A DNA stretch of 40,532 nt from Parcubacteria group bacterium GW2011_GWC1_41_7 (GTDB lineage: Bacteria; Patescibacteriota; Minisyncoccia; UBA6257; HR35): positions 1 to 40,532 of the forward strand of contig LCBW01000001.1 in the NCBI GenBank assembly GCA_000997465.1, in the 5' to 3' direction. The first letter of the stretch is position 1. Every line of letters begins with the position of its first letter. This document shows positions 25,644-34,365 of this stretch, piece by piece. The translations under genes were made by a program, and so were the position numbers. The notes below the pieces were generated by a model. That model saw only the letters and a list, made by a program, of their open reading frames with translations. It was not told the DNA's origin and did no database searches.

Positions 25644-25744
25644 ATGCGTGTACTTATACTATAAGGCAACTTTTGATAAAATACCTAAAAAATCCTCTGT
25701 ACTGTATAAAAGTGGCTTATTTAGGTATTTTTTAAAGTATCTTT

Positions 25745-26080
25745 TTATACTGATTGCCCTTCTCCTGTTTGAATGCGCAAAGCTTCAAATTGCACCTCAA
25801 GTGCCTCCTGTGCGACAACTGCTTGAACTCCTACCCTTTCTTCAAAACGAGATAAAGAATTATCAGCCCCTTGAATCCTATCACCCACCGTAAGCGCTAC
25901 TGCCTGTGTTCTTTCTGATATTTTTCTAGATGTTCTTAAAACAGCTCCGGGGACACCGGGATTCCCCACCCTTGTTTGCAATACAACTTCAGTTTGTATT
26001 CGCTCCCATACCTCCTGAATATTTTCACCTGTCCGTCCTCCTTCCTGCTGATTTGATTTTGGGGTAGGATATTGTTCCAT
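25745..26080 (-). CDS. Hypothetical protein (111 aa)
   Basis: ORF fills the gap between neighbouring genes. No SD and no recognisable motif. Somewhat GC-richer than its neighbours. Confidence 0.45.
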   Translation of the reverse strand: MEQYPTPKSNQQEGGRTGENIQEVWERIQTEVVLQTRVGNPGVPGAVLRTSRKISERTQAVALTVGDRIQGADNSLSRFEERVGVQAVVAQEALEVQFEALRIQTGEGQSV

Positions 26081-26148
26081 AGTGATGTTGTTGTTATTGT
26101 ACGGAATAAAATTTTTGAATGCAAGGGGTATTAAAAAAATTTTACGCT

Positions 26149-27372
26149 CTACAAACTGATTGTATGCGACACGTGATACAATTGCAACTCATGAGGAGCC
26201 GCAAGAAGCACTACATCGCCCGCCTGAAGCTCTTGCATAAGGTACGCCTCAATATCTTTAAGCTGATATTCGAAAAAATGAACCGCACTATACGCCCGCC
26301 CCTTCTTATTTTTTACCTCATCTACTGCAAATTTTGATCGCACCCCTATTCCGACAAACACATCGCACATATCCGCTGCAATTTTTCCTATTTTCTGATG
26401 CAGTTCAAGCGCATACTTTCCCGTATGTAATAAATCTCCAATCACACACACTTTTCGCTCTCCTGGCATCTTACTCAGTACGTCTAATGATTCCCAAATG
26501 GATGCACTGGAGATATGAAAGGTATTATCCAATACAATATATCCTTTTCTGCTACGATATAGCTTCATTCGATGATGCAGTGCCTCAAGATTTAAAAGCA
26601 ACGAACACGTATGTTCAAATTCATATCCCTGCTTCAGCAGTACCGTTGCGGTTGCAAGCGCGCTATACACAGATCCCTTGCCAAATATATTTTGCAAAAA
26701 TAAATCCTTTGTTCCTTGGGGCGTATATAGAAAAAAAGAGTTTCCCCACGCGTTTTTCTCACACACAATTTCATAATTTTCTGCGCGCACCGCGCTATCG
26801 CTTGTAATACCAAAATAAACAACTTCAGCGGAAAACGGATCGTTGTCATCTGCGGCAATTTTTTGTAAACGCTCTCCGATTTCAAAAACTGAAATATCGT
26901 CCCCGTTTAAAACGATAAGTCCGCCCGGCTTAATCGCGCGCGCGAATAATTCTTTCTTTTTTTGTAGTGATTCAGGTCCAGCAAACACCTCTGCAAATGG
27001 CGGAATGTCGCCAATTGAGGTAATCACAAGTACATCAAAATCCAACCTTTGAGCCCAATAGGAGACAATTTTAGAATTTTCGAATCCAAATTCAAGCACG
27101 ATATATGCCGGGTATTTTTTATACCACGGAAATATCATTAAGTTTAAAAATTTTGCAAGTACCTTAAACGGATTAAAGGTTTTTTCAAGTAAAAAAGTAA
27201 GTGGAATGCCAACGGAGTGACGCTTATGATATTGAGTTTTATATACAGATGCATCTTTTGACAGCGCCTGATAAAGAAAATCAACTGTTACGCTTTTTCC
27301 AGCTGTTCCAGTTACCACAATAACTTTAGGACGGTATTTTTGATATACAAGCGCCGCAAAAAAGTTAAGCAT
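26149..27372 (-). CDS. Mur ligase family protein (MurF-like, lacking the usual N-terminal domain)
   Basis: P-loop VVTGTAGKS, VLNGDD, a central Mur-ligase-like region and a C-terminal domain (VIGDLLHTGKYALELHQKIG). The P-loop is atypical, so substrate assignment is uncertain. Confidence 0.65.
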   Translation of the reverse strand: MLNFFAALVYQKYRPKVIVVTGTAGKSVTVDFLYQALSKDASVYKTQYHKRHSVGIPLTFLLEKTFNPFKVLAKFLNLMIFPWYKKYPAYIVLEFGFENSKIVSYWAQRLDFDVLVITSIGDIPPFAEVFAGPESLQKKKELFARAIKPGGLIVLNGDDISVFEIGERLQKIAADDNDPFSAEVVYFGITSDSAVRAENYEIVCEKNAWGNSFFLYTPQGTKDLFLQNIFGKGSVYSALATATVLLKQGYEFEHTCSLLLNLEALHHRMKLYRSRKGYIVLDNTFHISSASIWESLDVLSKMPGERKVCVIGDLLHTGKYALELHQKIGKIAADMCDVFVGIGVRSKFAVDEVKNKKGRAYSAVHFFEYQLKDIEAYLMQELQAGDVVLLAAPHELQLYHVSHTISL

Positions 27373-27460
27373 AGATTTTTTATATATATAATTATATCAT
27401 TTCATGCCGTGCGACGCCGCTAGCATAACAGCAAACAAGCTTTATAATTTTTAAAATGGT

Positions 27461-27540
27461 TACCCTCTTAACTTTTCAACAATACCTAAGCAGAAAAAAA
27501 TGTATGCAATCGTCGTTTTTTATAAAAAGTTAGGAGGGTA
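27461..27540 (+). promoter_or_regulatory. 5' leader with a 12-bp anti-SD:SD helix sequestering the ribosome-binding site of the NRAMP gene
   Basis: uacccucuuaac (27461-27472) pairs with guuaggagggua (27529-27540): 11 Watson-Crick pairs plus 1 G-U. TATAAT at 27443-27448 places the anti-SD at the 5' end of the mRNA. Confidence 0.5.
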
Positions 27541-27541
27541 A

Positions 27542-28837
27542 ATGGCTAAAAAAAAATCAAAAAGCTCAAAATCGCTTAAAAAATTTGAAAAAAAATTGAT
27601 TGCCTTTGAAAAAAAAGCTCAAAAACAATGGGAAAAGGTTGGACCCGGCCTTGTTACTGGAGCATCTGACGATGATCCATCTGGAATCGTTACATACAGT
27701 TATGCTGGCGCAAAAGGAGGATATCAGTTTCTTTGGACCGCACTCGTAACCTTCCCTCTTTTGTGGAATATCCAAAATATCTGCGGAAAAATTGCAATCG
27801 CAACAAAAAAAGGAATTGTGGGTATTTTAAAACAAATCAGTCATCCTGCGGTTGTCTATATTATTGCATTTGGTATGTTTTTTGCAAATACCTTCAATAT
27901 CGCAGCAGACCTTCGCGCAATATCAGATATGTTGTACTATACTGCTCCCCTATTGCCAAAAGAAGCATGGCTCATTATTAGTTCTTTGGCTATTATGTGC
28001 GCAGTTGTGTTTCTATCATACAGAAAATTCGCAAATGTATTAAAATACCTCAGCGTAACTCTAGGAGGGTATATTTTAGTCGCGTTTTTTTCGCATACCG
28101 ACTGGACGCAGGCAATTCAACACACCCTCATTCCCTCTTTTGCGCTTACAAAAGAAAGTTTTTTGATCATTACGGCAATACTTGGAACAACTATTTCACC
28201 TTACCTCTTTTTTTGGGAGTCAGAGGAGGAAATTGAAGAATTAAAACAAAGAAAGCATGGATTTCAAAAATGGCGCGAAATTAAACATATGAAAGCAGAT
28301 AATGCATGGGGTATGTTTTTTTCAAACGCAGTAATGTTTTTTATCATACTCGCTTCCGCGAATGTTATTTTTGCAACAGGAAAAAGTCCCGAAAACATCA
28401 TAGATGTTGCACAAGCACTTCAACCCTTAGCAGGAAACTTCTCAACAATTCTCTTTACCCTTGCAGTATTGGGCACAGGATTTTTGGCAATTCCGGTGCT
28501 TGCCGCAGGAGCCGCATATATTCTCTCGGAACTTTTCAAAAAACCAGCGAGTTTGGATAAAAAAATAAATCAGGCGCGATTTTTTTATATTGCCCTGCTC
28601 TCTTCAATTTTTGCTGGAACGCTTTTGAGTCTACTTCCTATCTCCACCATTCAATTTCTTTTTTATACTGCGATTTTATTTGGATGTATTGCTCCTTTTT
28701 TGATATTTTTTATTCTTTTGATTGCAAACAATAAAAAAATTATGGGCTCATACAAAAATACCGCCGTTGAAAATATCCTTGGCGTTATCACCCTTTTAGT
28801 TATGGCCTTTACCGCCATTGCCGGGCTACTACTTTAA
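27542..28837 (+). CDS. NRAMP-family divalent metal cation transporter
   Basis: GPGLVTGASDDDPSGIVTYSYAGAKGGYQFLW, about 11 TM helices, and a Lys-rich N-terminal tail. Confidence 0.85.
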   Translation: MAKKKSKSSKSLKKFEKKLIAFEKKAQKQWEKVGPGLVTGASDDDPSGIVTYSYAGAKGGYQFLWTALVTFPLLWNIQNICGKIAIATKKGIVGILKQISHPAVVYIIAFGMFFANTFNIAADLRAISDMLYYTAPLLPKEAWLIISSLAIMCAVVFLSYRKFANVLKYLSVTLGGYILVAFFSHTDWTQAIQHTLIPSFALTKESFLIITAILGTTISPYLFFWESEEEIEELKQRKHGFQKWREIKHMKADNAWGMFFSNAVMFFIILASANVIFATGKSPENIIDVAQALQPLAGNFSTILFTLAVLGTGFLAIPVLAAGAAYILSELFKKPASLDKKINQARFFYIALLSSIFAGTLLSLLPISTIQFLFYTAILFGCIAPFLIFFILLIANNKKIMGSYKNTAVENILGVITLLVMAFTAIAGLLL

Positions 28838-28847
28838 AATACTATAT

Positions 28848-29858
28848 CTATGCCTGCAATCGTCTTATATGTTCCAAAAGCATAGCGCAATAACCCCACT
28901 CGTTATCATACCAAGAAAATACCTTTACTAAATTTCCGCCAACCACTTGTGTTAACGTGGTATCTATAATTGCCCCATATGGCTCTCCAATCACATCGGA
29001 AGAAACAATCGAATCTTTTGAAATTTTTACAATTCCTTTCCACTTTTCGCTTTGCACTTCTTTTTCAAATATACTGTTTATTTCTTGCACTGTAGTTGGG
29101 CGCGAGGCGATAAACGTAATATCCGCAAGCGATCCAGTTATGACTGGAACACGAATAGATATGCCACCAAACTTATCTTTCATGCGCGGAAGCACGCGCG
29201 CGGTCGCATCTGCCGCACCAGTGGTTGAGGGAACAATATTTAAAGCCGCCGCCCTTCCCCTTCGCACATCCTTTATTGCAATACTATCAATGAGCGATTG
29301 CGTTGCTGTATATCCATGCACGGTATTTAAAGTTGCTTTTTCAACACCCACCACTTTATCTAATATTGCCAAAACTGGATTGACTGCGTTTGTTGTGCAT
29401 GAAGCATTTGAAGTTACTCGTCCTGCATCCCCAAGTGATGTAATTTTTGAAACATCCTCTAAACCCGGAGTAAAAATACAAGTTTGAGTATCTTTTGCAG
29501 GGGCAGTAATAACAACCCGTTTTGCACCGGCTTCAATATGTTTATGCGCACCTACAAAATCAGAAAATACTCCCGTTGCTTCAATCACTATATCAATATT
29601 TAAATCTTTCCACGGTAATTTTATAGGATCTTTTTCTGCATATATCTTTATTTCTTTTCCATCAACCATAAAACTTTTCCCCGAAATCGAAATATCTTTT
29701 TCAAACCTTCCATAGGTAGTATCGTACTTCAATAGGTATGCTAAATCTTCAATATCAGACAAATCGTTAATTGCAACAATAGTGATATTTTCCTTACCAA
29801 ATGCTTGCCTAAAAAAAACTCGGCCAATTCTTCCAAACCCATTTATTGCGATGTTCAT
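28848..29858 (-). CDS. gap: Glyceraldehyde-3-phosphate dehydrogenase, type I
   Basis: INGFGRIGR, the SNASCTTN active site, and WYDNEWGY. Confidence 0.95.
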   Translation of the reverse strand: MNIAINGFGRIGRVFFRQAFGKENITIVAINDLSDIEDLAYLLKYDTTYGRFEKDISISGKSFMVDGKEIKIYAEKDPIKLPWKDLNIDIVIEATGVFSDFVGAHKHIEAGAKRVVITAPAKDTQTCIFTPGLEDVSKITSLGDAGRVTSNASCTTNAVNPVLAILDKVVGVEKATLNTVHGYTATQSLIDSIAIKDVRRGRAAALNIVPSTTGAADATARVLPRMKDKFGGISIRVPVITGSLADITFIASRPTTVQEINSIFEKEVQSEKWKGIVKISKDSIVSSDVIGEPYGAIIDTTLTQVVGGNLVKVFSWYDNEWGYCAMLLEHIRRLQA

Positions 29859-29876
29859 AGGATAAAAAATGATTAA

Positions 29877-30911
29877 TTAATCTTCTTCGTGGGGACGATC
29901 TAATATTATGGCCTCAACACCGATTGTTTCTCCTGATATACGCAACACATCTTTGTCTATTTTTCCAAATTCCTTATACGCTGAATTATACATATTTACC
30001 GTTGTTCCTAAATTATTTCCCAGTTTTTTAAAATACACCTCATAGCTTATCAGATGCCGCCCCAATTCCTCAACACGTTTTCGTATTTCTTTTGCCGACT
30101 CTTCAATTTGAAGTGCCTTGAGTCCCTGAAGCACTGTTTGCAGATATGCCAAAAATGAAGTAGGTGATACGATAATCACATGCTTGTCTTTAAAAGCATA
30201 TTGAATGAGGTCTTGCGTGTTTGATTTTATAGACCCGATACGATTCACGAGTAAATCATAATAAATTGCTTCTGACGGAATAAACATAAAAGCAAAATCC
30301 ATTGTACCTTCTGAAGGTTTTACATATTTTGCGGTTTCATCAATACGATTTTTCAAATCCTGCTTAAATGCTTTTTCAAGTTGATCACGAGCACCAACAT
30401 CACGCTCGTCCAAAATACGATTATAGTTTTCAAGCGAAAATTTTGAATCAACTGGGATAATGCGATCTTTGATAAAAATAACCGCATCCACGATATCTCC
30501 GTTTAAAAATTCGTATTGCATTTGAAAGCTCCCCGGCGGCAACACATTTTCCAATACTGTTTTTAAGTAATACTCACCTAAAATACCGCGTTGTTTTGGA
30601 TTTTGCAAAATATCCTGTAAATTTTTTAACTGATCAGCAAAGCCGACAACTTGCCCGGATGTTTTTTCAAGTTGCGCTAATTTTTCAATCAACTCCCTGT
30701 TTATTTTTGAACTCTCTATTGACTGCACTTGAAAAATCTTTGCTGACTCCCCAAGACGAGTGTCAAGCATGCGCGTAATTTCATTGATTTGGTTTTGAAG
30801 CAACACAAATGATTGCGAATCGTCTTTTTTTTCAGAAAACTGTTTTTTAAGAGCAATATAAAGAACTACAAACCCTACAACGATAATGCTCATTTGAATA
30901 TTTGCGTTCAT
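29877..30911 (-). CDS. rmuC: DNA recombination protein RmuC
   Basis: N-terminal TM, a coiled coil, and the FAFMFIPSEAIYYDL core typical of RmuC. Its start overlaps the upstream stop (ATGA). Confidence 0.85.
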   Translation of the reverse strand: MNANIQMSIIVVGFVVLYIALKKQFSEKKDDSQSFVLLQNQINEITRMLDTRLGESAKIFQVQSIESSKINRELIEKLAQLEKTSGQVVGFADQLKNLQDILQNPKQRGILGEYYLKTVLENVLPPGSFQMQYEFLNGDIVDAVIFIKDRIIPVDSKFSLENYNRILDERDVGARDQLEKAFKQDLKNRIDETAKYVKPSEGTMDFAFMFIPSEAIYYDLLVNRIGSIKSNTQDLIQYAFKDKHVIIVSPTSFLAYLQTVLQGLKALQIEESAKEIRKRVEELGRHLISYEVYFKKLGNNLGTTVNMYNSAYKEFGKIDKDVLRISGETIGVEAIILDRPHEED

Positions 30912-33526
30912 ACGATTGAATTATCAAATGAATACGGGTCTGCGGAATCTTTCGGCGTTGAAGGATTGTTTTCAGGTTGTGCAGGTTGTGCAGGTTTGTC
31001 CATCGGAGCTTGGGCGGAGGCGGATTGTACAGGTGGAGCTTGAGGGGGAGTCGGTGGAACCGAAGGTATAAATGGACGTGGGGGCATCGATGCAACTGGA
31101 GGCGCAGAAGGTGCAATTGGTTTAAATCGATTACGAATGTCTTCATCAATTTCTTCCTTTGGCTTTCCATATTTTAAGGCAGACAGTTCAACAATTTTTG
31201 CGGCAAGTTCCATATTGGGATTTGTCGGAATGAGAGTTCTGATGCTAAAAGGATCTGACACATACCCGTCAATTAATAAGCGTACGTAAGCATGATAATT
31301 TGGAATATTGACCATATCCGTTCGGGTAAACACGGGGTGGAATTGTTGTTCCAAAAATTCTCCGTCTTCTGCTCCGACTCGAAAGGAAACAATTGTTCCT
31401 ACATTTCCAAACACCGCCCCTGAAATATCTTCGGGAAGCTGTTTAATGTATTGATGCGCCAAAAAGAGCGATAAACGATATTTCCGAGCTTCAGACAAAA
31501 TAGATGAAATTCCCTTAAACGCAAAATTTTGAAACTCATCGATAAAGAGATAAAAATCTGTGCGCTGTTCTTCTGGTACATCAACGCGCGCAAAAGCGGT
31601 AGAGAGAATTTTTGCAACTAAAATCATTCCTAAAAGATACGCACTTGTTTCGCCAATTTTTCCCTTTGAAAGATTAACAATCAAAATTTTTCGGTTGTCC
31701 ATTACATCTTTAAAATTCAAAGACGATTTTGATTGAGCGATAATCGGACGCACAAAATCATTCGTAATAAAGGGGTTCAACTTTGACGTAATCCAAGTAA
31801 TCATATTTTCCATCGACAGTTCTCCTCCAACTGCGGGCGCTTGTTTTGCCCAAAATTCAACAACCGAATCGTTGCGGCACGCGGCAACAAGTTTTTTACG
31901 AAACTGTTCATCAACAAATACTTTTGAAACTTCCAAAAGTGTATACCCTGCACTGGGGTCGTCCATAATTAAAAGCAATGCATTGCGTAAATATTGCTCA
32001 AACATTGGCCCTCCGGTCTGGCTCAAATTATAGAGTTTGTCAATAATCTCAATCAGCGCGTTGATAATAAAGGTTTTTTGTTCGGGATAGCGCGCATCAT
32101 ATTCCAAAATATTTAATCCCATTGGACGCTGCATATCTCCGGGATTGAAATACATTACATCATCAACCCTCTCTTTCGGAATAAGTCCGAGCGTTTTATA
32201 TGAATCGTCTCCGTGCGGATCAATAAAACACACACCGCTTCCATTTTTAATATCCTGCTCTATGATATTTTTTAAAAGTGTTGTTTTTCCTGTTCCTGTT
32301 TGCCCAATGAGATATATATGGCGCCTTCTGTCATTTTGCGTAATGCGCACCGTTTCAGACATCCCTTGATACACGCTTTCTCCAAGAACAGTTCCCTCTT
32401 GCGGTAAATTGACAGGAGAAGGAGCGCGCCGAGCGGATAAGAAATGAACAAGCGGAGATTTAGTGTAAGAGGTTGGAAAGTGAAAAATTGAAGCGATCTC
32501 TTCGGTATTTAAAACCATACGATGTTTTTTTGAAAATAATCGGAAAGCAAAATTATAGACAAAATCTCGCATGCCGCGCTTATGAACGCGAATGATTGAA
32601 AACTCGTTGTATCCAGGATTTGCAAATTGCCCAAAGGCGGATTCTGCGGTAGAGAGAAGTTCCTCTGCGTCAATAAGTTCTTTTGCCGACGAAACCAACC
32701 GAACATTTACCTCAAAAAATGGTTTCCCCATTTTCCCTTCCAAATTTTTAATAAGAGTTTCGTCAACAATTTTTGGCTTTGTCGCTTCTTCTGTTTTTGT
32801 TTTTTCTGATTTTGGAAGAGAAAAAACCTCCTTTGTGATACTGCCGCGCGCTTCGTCAAACCCTTTCCCTTCTTTCATTTTTTTCAACACTCCGGAAATT
32901 TTTGCATTTTCACGAGAGCTGAGTGGCCGCACCATAATTTGATACGAAAGCCCCTCTCCCTCTTTTTTCAACTTATTAAATGAAGACAAAAACGCATCAA
33001 GTGGATCAACATTTCCCGCTGAAACTTCCTGATAGGATTTCAGCATCTTAAAATAATGCGATTTTAAAGTCACAAACGATCCAACCGTTACTCCTTCTGG
33101 ATTAAAAATGTTGTAATCTTCTTTGACGACAGACACTTCAGCGCCCGGCAAAAAACTCTTGATATTTTTTTGAATAAGCTCAATGTACTTATTAGGAACC
33201 CCAACGTAGAAAAAAATTTCCTCTCCAAAATGCGGTGTCGCGGCCTCAAATACAATAGGAAACTTAATTTTATTAATCGTTCCTAAAAAATTTTCAAAGT
33301 ACAAAATTTCTTCTCCTAATTTCGCAGTTGTTCCGTCTGTTTTGGGAAGCGACGTATATTTTGGCGCTTCAACCAATAGCAGTGAATAATTTAAGGCCAA
33401 ATTAACTTTTACGCGTTCTCGATGACGCGCAATCAAGCTTAAAAAAAAGTACAAAAGCACCAGTCCCAAGATTCCCATTACAATGCCCGCAATAAAAACC
33501 ATGCTTTGGGAAAATGCGAAGGTCAT
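30908..33526 (-). CDS. Membrane-anchored VirD4/TraD-like (type IV coupling protein-like, FtsK/HerA superfamily) ATPase with a ~390-aa unknown N-terminal region and a Pro-rich tail
   Basis: Walker A GQTGTGKTT, FIDPHGD, Walker B FYLFIDEFQNF, ARKYRLSLFLAHQYIKQL (TraG/TraD C-terminal-type motif), and C-terminal PPxxP low complexity. Confidence 0.75.
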   Translation of the reverse strand: MTFAFSQSMVFIAGIVMGILGLVLLYFFLSLIARHRERVKVNLALNYSLLLVEAPKYTSLPKTDGTTAKLGEEILYFENFLGTINKIKFPIVFEAATPHFGEEIFFYVGVPNKYIELIQKNIKSFLPGAEVSVVKEDYNIFNPEGVTVGSFVTLKSHYFKMLKSYQEVSAGNVDPLDAFLSSFNKLKKEGEGLSYQIMVRPLSSRENAKISGVLKKMKEGKGFDEARGSITKEVFSLPKSEKTKTEEATKPKIVDETLIKNLEGKMGKPFFEVNVRLVSSAKELIDAEELLSTAESAFGQFANPGYNEFSIIRVHKRGMRDFVYNFAFRLFSKKHRMVLNTEEIASIFHFPTSYTKSPLVHFLSARRAPSPVNLPQEGTVLGESVYQGMSETVRITQNDRRRHIYLIGQTGTGKTTLLKNIIEQDIKNGSGVCFIDPHGDDSYKTLGLIPKERVDDVMYFNPGDMQRPMGLNILEYDARYPEQKTFIINALIEIIDKLYNLSQTGGPMFEQYLRNALLLIMDDPSAGYTLLEVSKVFVDEQFRKKLVAACRNDSVVEFWAKQAPAVGGELSMENMITWITSKLNPFITNDFVRPIIAQSKSSLNFKDVMDNRKILIVNLSKGKIGETSAYLLGMILVAKILSTAFARVDVPEEQRTDFYLFIDEFQNFAFKGISSILSEARKYRLSLFLAHQYIKQLPEDISGAVFGNVGTIVSFRVGAEDGEFLEQQFHPVFTRTDMVNIPNYHAYVRLLIDGYVSDPFSIRTLIPTNPNMELAAKIVELSALKYGKPKEEIDEDIRNRFKPIAPSAPPVASMPPRPFIPSVPPTPPQAPPVQSASAQAPMDKPAQPAQPENNPSTPKDSADPYSFDNSIV

Positions 33527-33909
33527 GGTTGTGGTTTGATTTTATTTGCCTTTACTAAAAATTGATAAAAGTGTCCTGCCAAAAGATCATGGTATGCATC
33601 AATAAGATGCGGATTTCCTGTTCTGTAGATTTCCTGCAACCCCTCGGTAATACCCTGTTGCAATGCAGTATTAAGAGATGCGGCAAGCGTATTGCTTACG
33701 CGCGCAAGCGATTCATGGTGCACTGCCGCCTCCCGCTTCATTTCCGGAAGTCCTTCAATTTCATCTCGTATGCCTTGGATAAATTCATAAATGCGTGCCT
33801 TTGCCACATCTGGGGCAACTTTTTTCTCGCGCATTTCTTTAAAATGCTGATGTTCATCAAAAATCTGGGTGAATTTTTTTTCTCCTACGCGCGGTTCTCT
33901 GTAATCCAT
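33523..33909 (-). CDS. Hypothetical helical protein (128 aa), translationally coupled to the ATPase
   Basis: Its stop overlaps the ATPase start (ATGA at 33523-33526). No motif recognised. Confidence 0.55.
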   Translation of the reverse strand: MDYREPRVGEKKFTQIFDEHQHFKEMREKKVAPDVAKARIYEFIQGIRDEIEGLPEMKREAAVHHESLARVSNTLAASLNTALQQGITEGLQEIYRTGNPHLIDAYHDLLAGHFYQFLVKANKIKPQP

Positions 33910-33912
33910 AGG

Positions 33913-34308
33913 TTATGATTGGTCAAAAAATGCGTACCGTACAATGCGCTCAACTTCTTCGTCTGCATACACACCTGTTTGATACACGTTTTCAATAACG
34001 ATTGTATTTCCCTCAACGTGCATCTGCCCCCCATACCCAACTTCCAAAAGATAATTTGCAACAAGCATAACTCCATCACTGTCATAGGTAATTCTCAAAG
34101 AGCCATTTTCCGCCCTTATATGAGCGTCTCCGGGGTATACGGTTAATGTTCTTATGTGTGAAATTAAATTTAAAATTTTCTCTGCGCTCTCTCGTTTGAG
34201 AACATCAACCATATTGGGCAACTTAGTAACATTATTATCTGCTCCGATGGGAGTTTTTTGAGCCGGTTTTCGCATGGGATTTTCTGACATAAAAATAAGT
34301 GTGATCAA
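33913..34308 (-). CDS. Hypothetical protein (131 aa; likely start at Met7, 34290)
   Basis: First gene of the minus-strand operon. It ends 3 nt before the next ORF. No motif recognised. Confidence 0.55.
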   Translation of the reverse strand: MITLIFMSENPMRKPAQKTPIGADNNVTKLPNMVDVLKRESAEKILNLISHIRTLTVYPGDAHIRAENGSLRITYDSDGVMLVANYLLEVGYGGQMHVEGNTIVIENVYQTGVYADEEVERIVRYAFFDQS

Positions 34309-34365
34309 TTACGTATATTATACGGCGATACAGTAGATATTTAAGCGTTATAATCAAATATACAG

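Noticed and set aside
30940-31130. 9-nt tandem repeats (aggttgtgc twice plus a partial unit) and a GC-rich stretch at the 3' end of the ATPase gene.
   Set aside because: These are explained by a Pro/Ala/Gln-rich low-complexity C-terminal tail (PAQPAQPE, PPTPPQAPP) that stays in frame. They are not an independent element.
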